Source: an uncultured Aliarcobacter sp.
GTDB taxonomy: Bacteria; Campylobacterota; Campylobacteria; Campylobacterales; Arcobacteraceae
DNA: 64,000 nucleotides
Reading direction: 5' to 3'
NCBI GenBank assembly: GCA_963664305.2
Contig: CAXXLV010000002.1
Location: 1,716,428-1,780,427, forward strand
Within the stretch, counting starts at the first letter, position 1. Each line of letters opens with the position of its first letter. Below, in pieces: positions 20,192-30,400 of the stretch. The position numbers and the translations under genes are program-made. Below the pieces are notes generated by a model. The model was given only the letters and a program-made list of their open reading frames with translations. It had not been told where the DNA came from and did not search any database.

Positions 20192-22129
20192 ATGGGAAAA
20201 ATAATGTTCAGCAAACTTCTTAAGAAGACCAAAATTACCGAAGATGAATTTATAAAAGAGCTATTAAGTTCATCTTTTAATTTAGAAAAAATAACGGAAA
20301 TATATAATGAATTAAATATTGATTTAAATTCATATTATTATAAAGATGAACATATTTTACATTATTGCTGTAAAAAAGAATTATATCAATCAGTTCAATG
20401 GCTACTTGAAAAAGGAGTAAGCCCTGAAATTGAGAACGAACAAAAAGAGACCGCAATTTTTTATTCTATTCATTCGAAAAGTAGTGCAATTATTCAACTA
20501 TTAGTAGAATATAAAGCTGATATTAATCACTTAAATATGTATAGAAGAACTGCTTTACAAGACGCTGTAATAAGTGCAAATAATAGAATTGTAAACTATT
20601 TAATTGAAGTTACAAAGAATTTAGGTAATTGTGATATTCATGGGAATAATCTAATTTTTGATGCAATTGCAAATGGAAATCTTGAAATTATAAAAAGAGT
20701 CGCTTCGTTACAAGAAGTTAATATAAATCAAGTAAATGAAGAGGGAAGTACAATTTTACATAAAGAAATTGTATTAAAAAATAATAGCTTAGCTCTTTTA
20801 TTAATGGATTTAGGAGCAGATCCTACAATATTAGATAAAAATGGTAAAAATTTTCTTTTCTATGCAATTACAAAAGGGATTGAAAATATTAGTATTCTTG
20901 AAAAAGCTGTTAGCCTTGGATGTAATATAAACAGTAAAAGTTCACAAAATACAACTTTATTAATGGAATCTATTAACTATTTTTTAGATACTCCAAAAGA
21001 AAATGTTGAACAAAGAAATAGTCATTTTGAAATGATAAAAGAACTAATAAATCTTGGTATAAATGTTGAAGCAGTAGATAATAAAAGTGAAAATGCTTTA
21101 TTTTATGCAACAAAAAGTGAAGATAGAGATTTAATAAATATATTTTTAGAAATACCTAGCTTACATCTTGACCATGAAAATATCAATGGAGAAACTGTCT
21201 TATTGATTTTAGTTTTAAATGGTATTAGAAATGGTGATTTAATTAAACTTTATTTAGAAAAAGGTGCAAATCCAACATTAGTAAACAAATTTGGAAAATC
21301 AATTATTGAAATTCTAATTGATATTATTTTACATATTCAAAATAGAAAAGATTTAGATTTTGAATATAAAATATTATTAAATGAAGATGCAGAATATCCT
21401 ACAGTTTTAGAAAATCTTTTAAGAAATTGTAAAATAGACTTAAATCAACTAAACTCAATGGGTGAACCTATGTTCTTCCAATCAATTTTACATTTTAATT
21501 TCAAATTATTTAAAATTCTTAGAGTAAAAAACATCAATCTTAATCAAAAAGATAAAGATGGAAACAATATCATTTTTAAATTGATGGAATATAATTATCA
21601 AGGAAGAATAAAAGATAAAAAACTATATTTAAACACATTAAAAAGTCTTATAAACTCTGGTGTTGATATAAATGCAAAAAATAATGAAGGTTTAACTGCA
21701 TTACATGTAGCTGTTACAGAAAAATGTGAATATACTATTAGATTATTATTAGAATTAAGAGCTGATTGTTATATAACTGATACAAAAGGTCGAAGTATTA
21801 TTCACAATTGTATTTGGAAAAACACAACTAAATATTTTAAATTGATTCATAACTATAATAAGGAAATAGTAAATATTCCTGATATGTTTGGAGTTAGACC
21901 TATAAATTATGCAGCTTTTATGGGTAAAAAAGATTTAGTTATTGAAATGCTTGATGAAGGTGCTTTAGTAAATAATCCTATGAAAAAAGACCCTAAAATA
22001 CTTAAATTTTTAGAAAAATATCATGCTAATATAATAAATCTTACAAAAGGTGTTGAAAAAGAAGTTGATAAAGCTAATCTAAAACTTCTTGCAGACAATA
22101 TGATTAAAGAGTTTGGCATTAAAATATAG
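20192..22129 (+). CDS. Ankyrin repeat protein
   Basis: Multiple ankyrin-like units, e.g. ADINHLN..RTALQDAV, GVDINAKNNEGLTALHVAV, GANPTLVNKFG. Confidence 0.9.
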   Translation: MGKIMFSKLLKKTKITEDEFIKELLSSSFNLEKITEIYNELNIDLNSYYYKDEHILHYCCKKELYQSVQWLLEKGVSPEIENEQKETAIFYSIHSKSSAIIQLLVEYKADINHLNMYRRTALQDAVISANNRIVNYLIEVTKNLGNCDIHGNNLIFDAIANGNLEIIKRVASLQEVNINQVNEEGSTILHKEIVLKNNSLALLLMDLGADPTILDKNGKNFLFYAITKGIENISILEKAVSLGCNINSKSSQNTTLLMESINYFLDTPKENVEQRNSHFEMIKELINLGINVEAVDNKSENALFYATKSEDRDLINIFLEIPSLHLDHENINGETVLLILVLNGIRNGDLIKLYLEKGANPTLVNKFGKSIIEILIDIILHIQNRKDLDFEYKILLNEDAEYPTVLENLLRNCKIDLNQLNSMGEPMFFQSILHFNFKLFKILRVKNINLNQKDKDGNNIIFKLMEYNYQGRIKDKKLYLNTLKSLINSGVDINAKNNEGLTALHVAVTEKCEYTIRLLLELRADCYITDTKGRSIIHNCIWKNTTKYFKLIHNYNKEIVNIPDMFGVRPINYAAFMGKKDLVIEMLDEGALVNNPMKKDPKILKFLEKYHANIINLTKGVEKEVDKANLKLLADNMIKEFGIKI

Positions 22130-22223
22130 AGTTGTAACTGATTAGTTAATAAACAATCAATTCTCTTTCATAAGGTAAATTTTTTATATAATTACATAAA
22201 AAATATACAATTAGGAATATATT

Positions 22224-23111
22224 ATGAAAGAATTTTTTGAAACCTATATACAACACCAAGAAGATATTGAATATTTTTTACAAGAGAGTTTAAAAAATAT
22301 TGGGAGTTTATCATCTCATAAAAAAAATGATTTTAAACAACTTTATAAAATATTCCCTTCTTTAGAATTAGTTTATATCATCAATAAAGATACAAAAATC
22401 CAAACATCAAACAATTTTTATAGATACAAGATTGATGAAAATGCGAAAAATAAAGATAGATCACACTTAATTTCAAAACTACACTTTAAAGAATCAAATA
22501 TGGCTTTTTCAAAACCATATATAAGTAGTGCAACAAGAAGTACATGTGTAACTGTTACAATAAAAGAAGGAGAAGAAATCTTTTTTCTAGATTTTCAGAT
22601 TGATGTTTTATTACAAAAATTAAATTTAATTGAACTAAATAAACCATTTCATAGTGTAACAAAAAGCTTTTACATTTTAGCTGGTTTTTCAATGATGATT
22701 TTAGCACTAGCTACTATAATCTTCTCATTATATGATTTTGTTATTTACATCTTTTCTAAACATGATATCGTTTTAGAAATGATATTTAAACCAATAATTG
22801 CATTAACACTTAGTATTGCTATATTTGACTTGGCAAAAACCATTTTGGAACAAGAAGTATTTTTTAAATCATATTCAAAAAATTCAAAAGTCGAAACAAA
22901 ACTTTTAACAAAATTTTTGACAACAATTATTATTGCATTATCTATTGAAGCATTGATTGTTGTATTTAAAATTGCAATTAATGACTACGACCAAATGATT
23001 AACGCATTTTATCTAATCGCTGGAATTGCTTTAATTTTAATTTCATTAACAGTATTTATCTATTTTTCATCAAAAAGATATAAACAAACTACTGATTCTC
23101 AAAATTTATAA
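22224..23111 (+). CDS. PDC/Cache sensor-domain membrane protein with C-terminal 4-TM (PsiE-like) region
   Basis: DRSH..FSKPYISSATRSTCVTV is Cache-like; four C-terminal TM helices with AIFDLAKTILE and ALSIEALIVVFK. Confidence 0.7.
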   Translation: MKEFFETYIQHQEDIEYFLQESLKNIGSLSSHKKNDFKQLYKIFPSLELVYIINKDTKIQTSNNFYRYKIDENAKNKDRSHLISKLHFKESNMAFSKPYISSATRSTCVTVTIKEGEEIFFLDFQIDVLLQKLNLIELNKPFHSVTKSFYILAGFSMMILALATIIFSLYDFVIYIFSKHDIVLEMIFKPIIALTLSIAIFDLAKTILEQEVFFKSYSKNSKVETKLLTKFLTTIIIALSIEALIVVFKIAINDYDQMINAFYLIAGIALILISLTVFIYFSSKRYKQTTDSQNL

Positions 23112-23121
23112 TTCTCATTTT

Positions 23122-23152
23122 TAGCAATGGCTTTTGAATAAAACCATTGCTA
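23122..23152 (+). terminator. Hairpin terminator
   Basis: TAGCAATGG..TTTT-GAAT-AAAACCATTGCTA followed by CTTTT. Confidence 0.6.
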
Positions 23153-23203
23153 CTTTTAGCTTTATTAAATCTTTAAAATTACAATTTCATTAATTATTAC
23201 AAT

Positions 23204-23220
23204 TGTTTATTTTTTATACA
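23204..23220. promoter_or_regulatory. 17-bp palindromic regulator site upstream of regulator-glnD operon
   Basis: TGTTTATTTTTTATACA, 30 nt before TATAAT at 23251-23256; an extra TTTTATACA half-site ends at 23249. Confidence 0.65.
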
Positions 23221-23312
23221 TTTTTTTAGTTTTTTTTCATTTTTATACAGTATAATATTTTAATAACGGATTTTCTATTCAAAATTTTCAGATTCAGTAG
23301 AGGTAATATAGT

Positions 23313-24065
23313 ATGCAAGAATATATCGCAAAAGATAGTATTTCCAAAGAAATTTTAAACTCAGCAAAACTTTTACAAGCAGTAGAAGTAAATGCTTTAA
23401 TTCTTGGAGAAAATGGTGTTGGGAAAAAATCTTTAGCTAAATATATTTTACCCCAGTCTGAAATTTATGATGCAAAAAGTCTTCAAAAAGATATCATGGA
23501 TGATGTATTAACTTTACAAAATGAAGCTATTATTATTGATAAAATAAATGAAATCACAAATATAGACTTATTTTTAAAATGGATAGAAGAAAATTCAATA
23601 AGAATTATTGCTATTTCACCTACTGAAAATCTAAATCAAAAATTAAAAGATATTTTCTCTATTAATTTAGAAATTCCAATTTTAAGTAAAAGAGAAGAAG
23701 ATACAAAAGCTTTAGTAAATAAATTTTCTCAAGAAGCTAGTTCTATTTTAGATATGCCATTAATTCCACAATCAAAATTAATTATAAATATCTCAAATAA
23801 CTCTCATAGTTTAAGAAAATCTATCTATTTTTCATATTTATTTGAAACAATTGGGGAACATGAAATTTTAATGTTTTTAGAAAAATATATAAGTGAAAAT
23901 TTATATGGAGAAAATTCATATAAAGATTTATCTTATATTTTTGAAGTTCCTTTATTAAAAGCTGCAACAAAAAAATATAAATCTCAAGTTCAAGTAGCAA
24001 AACATTTAGGTTTAAATAGAATTACATTAAGAAAAAAATTGGAAATTTATAAAGATTTATTATGA
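23313..24065 (+). CDS. Degenerate NtrC-like AAA+/Fis-HTH transcriptional regulator (no receiver domain, no GAFTGA)
   Basis: LILGENGVGKK (bEBP Walker A), IIIDKI (degenerate Walker B), LEIPILSKREED (PPLRER-like), SQVQVAKHLGLNRITLRKKL Fis HTH. Confidence 0.85.
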   Translation: MQEYIAKDSISKEILNSAKLLQAVEVNALILGENGVGKKSLAKYILPQSEIYDAKSLQKDIMDDVLTLQNEAIIIDKINEITNIDLFLKWIEENSIRIIAISPTENLNQKLKDIFSINLEIPILSKREEDTKALVNKFSQEASSILDMPLIPQSKLIINISNNSHSLRKSIYFSYLFETIGEHEILMFLEKYISENLYGENSYKDLSYIFEVPLLKAATKKYKSQVQVAKHLGLNRITLRKKLEIYKDLL

Positions 24066-26602
24066 CAGAACTTAATATACAAATTGAAGAGTTAATTTCA
24101 AATAATGCAACAGACTTTCAAATCTCAAAAGTTTTTAAAACTTATTATAAAAATTATTTAGAATCTATTGATACAACTGTTGAAACAACTGGCGGAAAAG
24201 ATTTTTTCATCAAACACACAAAACACACTGACAAATTTTTAATCCTTTTATACAAATATATCTTAAGAAAAAACTTTGGTTCTCATCAACCAATGAGTAC
24301 ATCAATTCCTATTAGTTTAGTTGCTCTTGGATCTTACGGTAGAGAGCAATTATGTATCTATTCAGATATTGATATTATGATTTTATATGAGGATATTAAA
24401 GGTTATAATCTAAAAGATATTATGGAAGAGTTTATTACTCTTGCATGGGATTGTGGACTAAAACTTGGTTCTCGTGTTCATGAATTAAAAGAAATTACAG
24501 AAGTTGTAAAAGAAGATATAACTATAAAAAGTTCTATTTTAGAATCAAGAATGATTTATGGTTCAAAAATTTTATGGTTTAGATATGAAAATGTTTTAAA
24601 AATCGTAAGAAAAACTGGACAAAAAGAGTTTATACTAGAAAAACTTGAAGAACATAAACAAAGATTACTAAAATATCCACTAAAAATGGAACCAAATATT
24701 AAAGAAGGTTATGGTGGACTTAGAGAAACAAATCTAATGTATTGGATGGCAAATGTCTTATATGGTGTTACAAATACTAAAGATTTAATTGGGACTCAAT
24801 TTACGGAAGAAGAGTATAGAAAATATAGACAAGCTTTAGAATTTATTTTTCAAGTAAGAAATGCTTTACATAATATTGCTAGAAAAAAATTAGACCAAGT
24901 AACTTTTGATATTTTACCTGATTTAAGTTCTAAACTAGGATTTAAAAATAGTTCAAGATATACAAAAGATAGACTTTGTATGTCAAAAATCATCTCTTGT
25001 TTACACATAATTCATAACTTTACTGCAACAATGGTAAAAAAATTTACAAGAATTGCTTTTTTTGAAGCATCAAATATCTCAAAATTAAAAAAACAAAGAT
25101 ATAAAAAGAATCTTTATATTATTGATAATGAACTTTATTGTTCATTTAGTGCAAAACCTCAATCTTTAAATTATATGCTTAAAGAACTTATTGAATTACC
25201 AACAAACGTAGAAAAATTTGATAGGTCATATATTTACTATTTAAGTAAAGCTAAACTTCCAAAAGTTCAAACAAAAGAGTTGAAAAAAACTGTAAAAACA
25301 CTTTTATGTAAACCTAATTTGTATCCATTAATAAAACTTATTTACAATGCAGGACTGTTTAGAGCTGTTCTTCCTAGTACTAAAACTATGATTGATTTAC
25401 CGCAATTTGATGGATATCATAAACATCCTGTTGATATTCACTCTATAAAAACATTAAAATTTTCACAAAATATTGAAAATGAACATGTAAAATCAATCTA
25501 TAATGAATTAACAAATGAACAAAAAATTCTTGTAAGATTGGTATCTTTTTTCCATGATATTGGAAAAGGAAGAAAAGAGGATCATCATATTGTAGGAGAA
25601 AAACTATTTAAAAGTATGATGAAGTCATTTGATTTTGATGAAGAATTTATTAAAATTGGTGCAAATTTAGTTAGATATCACAATATGATGTCATACATGG
25701 CAACGCATGAAGATATTTATTCTGAAAAAACTATTTTAAACTTTACAGGGCTTATTAAAACAAAAGAGTCTTTAAATATGCTATATGTGATAACTTATTG
25801 TGATATTTCAGCTGTTGCAAAAAATATTTTCAATAGCTCTATTTCATCACTATTAAGACAGTTATATTATCAATCATTACCAGCATTTGAAGATGAAGAA
25901 TTTTTAAATGAAAGTAAAAGAAGAATTGCTAAACAAAATACAATTAAAAATCTTGAAAGATACAAAGAACTACCTACAATTTTACAAAAGAAAATTATGT
26001 ATATAGCTTCAAACCAAATCTTTTTAAGATTAAAAGCAGAAGATATTTTAGATATTGCGATTAAAGCAAAAGATGTTGATACGTATATTTATAAAATTAC
26101 AAATGAGCCTCAATTAACTATTAGAATTATTAGAAAATCTCCTCTAAATCTTGGTTATTTATTGGGTAAATTAGAGTTTTTAAATATTGCATATATGAAT
26201 ATTTTTAAATTGTATGATAATAAAAAAGCTTTTGAAATTTCTTTTTCAGAAAAAGTTGACAATGAAGATATTTATTTTATTGAAGAGATTATAAAAGACT
26301 CTTTTGATATGAATAAAACAACAAATTTATTAACTCCAATTATTAAAAAAGAGAACATAAAAATAGATTGTAACCATACAGCATATCTAGCTTCTATGCA
26401 TATTGTGGCAAAAGACCAAAAAGGTTTATTTGCTTATATTGCTAAAATTTTTGATGATTTTAATGTTGAAATAGAGAGTGCAAAACTTCACACACTTAAA
26501 GGTTATGCAAGAGATTTAATTTTGATTGAGAAAAATGGAAATTTCTGTTCAAATCAAGATGAAATTGTAAATCTTATGTGTAGAGGTGATAAAACAGAAT
26601 AA
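24062..26602 (+). CDS. glnD: [Protein-PII] uridylyltransferase / uridylyl-removing enzyme
   Basis: ALGSYGR..YSDIDI nucleotidyltransferase motif, EPNIKEGYGGLR, QFDGYH..VDIHS, HD domain FFHDIGKGR, C-terminal ACT (DQKGLFAYI); ATGA overlap with the regulator. Confidence 0.9.
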   Translation: MTELNIQIEELISNNATDFQISKVFKTYYKNYLESIDTTVETTGGKDFFIKHTKHTDKFLILLYKYILRKNFGSHQPMSTSIPISLVALGSYGREQLCIYSDIDIMILYEDIKGYNLKDIMEEFITLAWDCGLKLGSRVHELKEITEVVKEDITIKSSILESRMIYGSKILWFRYENVLKIVRKTGQKEFILEKLEEHKQRLLKYPLKMEPNIKEGYGGLRETNLMYWMANVLYGVTNTKDLIGTQFTEEEYRKYRQALEFIFQVRNALHNIARKKLDQVTFDILPDLSSKLGFKNSSRYTKDRLCMSKIISCLHIIHNFTATMVKKFTRIAFFEASNISKLKKQRYKKNLYIIDNELYCSFSAKPQSLNYMLKELIELPTNVEKFDRSYIYYLSKAKLPKVQTKELKKTVKTLLCKPNLYPLIKLIYNAGLFRAVLPSTKTMIDLPQFDGYHKHPVDIHSIKTLKFSQNIENEHVKSIYNELTNEQKILVRLVSFFHDIGKGRKEDHHIVGEKLFKSMMKSFDFDEEFIKIGANLVRYHNMMSYMATHEDIYSEKTILNFTGLIKTKESLNMLYVITYCDISAVAKNIFNSSISSLLRQLYYQSLPAFEDEEFLNESKRRIAKQNTIKNLERYKELPTILQKKIMYIASNQIFLRLKAEDILDIAIKAKDVDTYIYKITNEPQLTIRIIRKSPLNLGYLLGKLEFLNIAYMNIFKLYDNKKAFEISFSEKVDNEDIYFIEEIIKDSFDMNKTTNLLTPIIKKENIKIDCNHTAYLASMHIVAKDQKGLFAYIAKIFDDFNVEIESAKLHTLKGYARDLILIEKNGNFCSNQDEIVNLMCRGDKTE

Positions 26603-26613
26603 AAACTGTTTTA

Positions 26614-27357
26614 TTATGCGCCTCTTCCGAAACAAAATCCTCCACCTAAACTACTTTTTTCACCTAAACCAACAGCAAGTGATAAAAAAGCTAGTTTTTG
26701 TGATATTTCATCTTTATTAGGTACTATTCTTAATTTATTCCCTATTAATCTTACAATTCTTTCTTTACTATTTTTAGTAGTTTTAAAATATATTGATTGA
26801 GGTTTTTCATTTTTTAATTCAATTTCTTGAATAAAATTATTTGAATCATTAACCTCTTCTTTATAAAATTGTTTTAACTTCTTTTCTAAATTATTTTGAA
26901 GTCTTTTTTGTAAAGATAAAATATCACCATTATAATATAGTGACCAAAATAGTTGTCTACCTTCAGAATCTCTTCTATCAGAAACAATAACAGGTGATGC
27001 ACTATATAACTCTTTGATAAAATATTGTTCTATCTCTTTTTTTTCTACATTTATTACTTGTAAAAAGTTATTATTTACATTTTGATAAAGTAAAATTTCT
27101 AATTCGTTTATTAATTCTTTATCAATACTTCTGATTACAAATTTATAAACTTTGTCTTTTTTATAAATTCTATCACTCTCTGTTGGATAGAAGTTCCCAA
27201 AACAGTAATTATTCATAGATTTATCTTTATTTTCTAAATCTAATTTTTTACTTTGGTATATAGAAAAATTTATATATTTTGATAAAACATCAAAACTCTC
27301 TTTTAATTCTATAAAATCTTTTAAATATGCTTCGCATTTTAGTTCAAATAAAGTCAT
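26614..27357 (-). CDS. cas6: CRISPR-associated endoribonuclease Cas6 (solitary)
   Basis: C-terminal Gly-rich loop GLGEKSSLGGGF, NNYCFGNFYP, YKFVIRS, LYSASPVIV, LQNNLEKK as in Cas6 RAMP proteins. Confidence 0.85.
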   Translation of the reverse strand: MTLFELKCEAYLKDFIELKESFDVLSKYINFSIYQSKKLDLENKDKSMNNYCFGNFYPTESDRIYKKDKVYKFVIRSIDKELINELEILLYQNVNNNFLQVINVEKKEIEQYFIKELYSASPVIVSDRRDSEGRQLFWSLYYNGDILSLQKRLQNNLEKKLKQFYKEEVNDSNNFIQEIELKNEKPQSIYFKTTKNSKERIVRLIGNKLRIVPNKDEISQKLAFLSLAVGLGEKSSLGGGFCFGRGA

Positions 27358-27394
27358 TTACAACTCTTTGTTACAATTTATTTACAAAGTAAAA

Positions 27395-27426
27395 ATTCTA
27401 ACAAACAAATGACTCGCAAATGACTC
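27395..27426 (-). promoter_or_regulatory. cas6 promoter: extended -10 plus tandem direct repeat
   Basis: Minus strand GAGTCATTTG-C-GAGTCATTTG (27426-27406) followed by TGTTAGAAT (27403-27395). Confidence 0.55.
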
Positions 27427-27447
27427 TTTTTTAAATTTTGAAAATTA

Positions 27448-30400
27448 TTACTCTCTAGCTTTTAATTTTGCTGCATTAAAATCTTTTTTCCCACTACCAA
27501 GTTTTGGTATTTCATTAACAATTTTTATATCAGTTGGAATCATTAATTTATTTTCAAAATTCTTCAAAATTTTGTCTTTTAATATTAAAAGATACTCTTC
27601 ATTTACATGAGAGATTAACAATACTATTTTTTCACCTTTTTTTTCATCTTCAACACTTGTAACAATAAAATCAACTAAACTATCATCTTTCAAATCTAAT
27701 AATCTTGAAATCTTCTCTTCAATAGCACCAAGACTTATCATCTCTCCACCAAGTTTAGCGAATCGTGAATATCTATCAACTATAGTTAAAAAACCATCTT
27801 CATCTATTTTTCCCTTATCTCCAGTTATATAATAAGTTTTTCCTTTTATAGTTTTTAAAACTTCTTTTGTTTTTTCTTCATTTTTTAGGTATCCCTTCAT
27901 TACTTGAATACCTGAAATTAAAATCATTCCTTCTTCATTTGGTTCTAATTCTTTATATGTTTCTGGATTTACAATTTTAATTGTTGTTCCTGGAATTGCC
28001 ATACCAACTGTTCCAGTTTTCTGCCCAACTTGAACAGTAAAATCTGAAGCTAAAACATCAGGAAGATTACAACTTGCAACCGGTGAAGTTTCAGTTGCAC
28101 CAAAACCTTCAAGAATATCTTTTCCAAATCTTTTTTTGAATTCAAATTTTACATCTTCTCTTAATTTTTCAGCACCTGCAACTACAAGTCTTAAACTCTC
28201 AAACATTAAAGGATGAATTTTTTGATTTTTTGCATATAATCTAAAGAAAGTTGAAGTTCCGCACATAATTGTTGCTTTATACGAACTAACTAATTTTGCT
28301 ATTCCCAGACCATCTGTTGGGTCTGGATGTGCAACACATTTTATACCTTCAATTAACGGTAAATATGTTGTAACTACTATTCCAAAAGCATGAAATAATG
28401 GTAAAGAACCAACTATTGTATCTTCATTACTTACATTTATAATATTTGCAATTTGTTGTGCATTTCCTAAAATATTATCTCCACTTAGTTCTACACCTTT
28501 TGGTTTCCCTTCACTTCCAGAAGAGAACAATATCATCACCGTGTCATCTTTATTTGTTTTTGTTAAATGTATCAATTTTAAAATACAATTTGGTAAGAAC
28601 TTAACACTTAAATATGTAAATAAGCCTTTATTTTTAGAAATCTTAGTTTTTAATTCCTCTAAATAAATTACCTCAACCAATTCTAAAATCTCTTTTATAT
28701 TTATACCTTTTGATTCAAGTTTTTCAACAAACTTTTTTGAAGCTATTATTGTTTTTATTTCTGCTAATTCTATAGAAGATTTTAAAGAGTTTATCTCACT
28801 TGTATAGTTTAGATTTATTGCTGTTTTTCCCATCATTAATACTGTGTAATTTATAAATGCACCACTTGCAGTCGAAGGAACTAACAGACCTATATTTTGA
28901 CCTTTTATCTCTTTTTTTAATAAATCTTTAAAAAGTATTGAAGCAGTTAAAAACTTACTTCCTGTCATCTCTAAGCCTGTTGAGTCAGCAAAAACAATCT
29001 CTGAAGAAACTTCTTTTAATCTATCAAATATAGTTTCATTTAAAGGTTTTAGATTTCTTATATGCTCTTTCCAAGATTTTGAAGAAAGTTCGAAAACTTC
29101 TTTTTTTATACTAACAATATTTGCTCTTTCTTTCGTCATACTTCTTGCAAAAGATACCGTAACACTATTAGTTTTCTTTGATTTTTTGAACTTTTTATTA
29201 GCTCTACTAAACATAGATTCCCAAAGTCCTCTAATATAAAAAGGTATTACTTTTATCTCTGTTTGTGTTAATTCTAATACTTTTTCAAAACCTTTTTTAA
29301 ACTCACCTAAATGCCCATTTCTTGTAATACTTCCTTCAGGGAAAAGTACAACAACACTACCATTGTCCAACTCATTTGCAATAAGTTGAATAGTTGATTT
29401 ACTTGAAGCATTTGATATAGGAATTGCTTTAAACATTTTTAATATCCAATTAATATACCATTTACTATAAATTGTTTTATCCATAACAAACTTAACTTCT
29501 CTTGGAACAGCCATTAATATAATTGCCCAATCAAGCCAAGAAATGTGATTTCCTAAAAGTAAAACTCCTCCTGATGAAGGTATATTTTTTATTCCATCAA
29601 CTTCTAATTTATATTTTAATCCCACAATACTTTTTAAGAATAGCAAAATCAAAGATTGAGGTAATTTATAAATTGTATATGCTGTTCCTATTACAATTAT
29701 TAGCAATATTAAATATATAGTTTTTAATGGATCTAAATCAAAATAAGATACGATTGTTGTCATACAAAGCATCAAAAACATTGATAAAGAGTGAAACCAA
29801 TTATTACCTGCTAATATTGTTCCTAAAACTTTTTTCTTTGCATTAAATTGAATTAGAGCATTTAAAGGAACAACAAACATTCCACCAAAAACTCCAAACA
29901 TCAAAAATGAAATTGCCAATAAAAATGGAGTTTGAACAACTGTTGAAACATATAAAGAAAATGCCATACCAAAAGATGCTAAAGGAATAGTTCCTACTTC
30001 AATATAATGTTTTGATATTCTTGAATATAATACTGAACCTATAGCTATTCCAATTCCAGAAGCTGCAATTACACCATTTATTAAAAATACATCTGTAATA
30101 TTTAAATATTGTTTTACAAAAGATGGAAAAACTGCCATTGTAGCTTGAGAAACTCCCCAAAATACAGATAAACCTATAACTGATAAAAAAATCACATCAT
30201 GTGAAAAAATCGTTCTTATATTTTTAACTAATAACTTACCTTTAAAAAATTCATCTTTGTCTAAAGTCAAATTTTCATCTTTTACATAAACTGTATTTAT
30301 TCTTCTTAAAAATAAAAATGAAACAACCATTTCTAAAAAAGCAACTGGTAATATATAGTAAGTCAATGGCAAAATTGCAGTTAATAGTTCTTCTTTTGAA

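Noticed and set aside
22193..22209. Possible fourth copy of the nitrogen palindrome (TACATAAAAAATATACA) upstream of the Cache-domain gene
   Set aside because: Left arm is poor and spacing to a -10 box does not match; explainable by AT richness.
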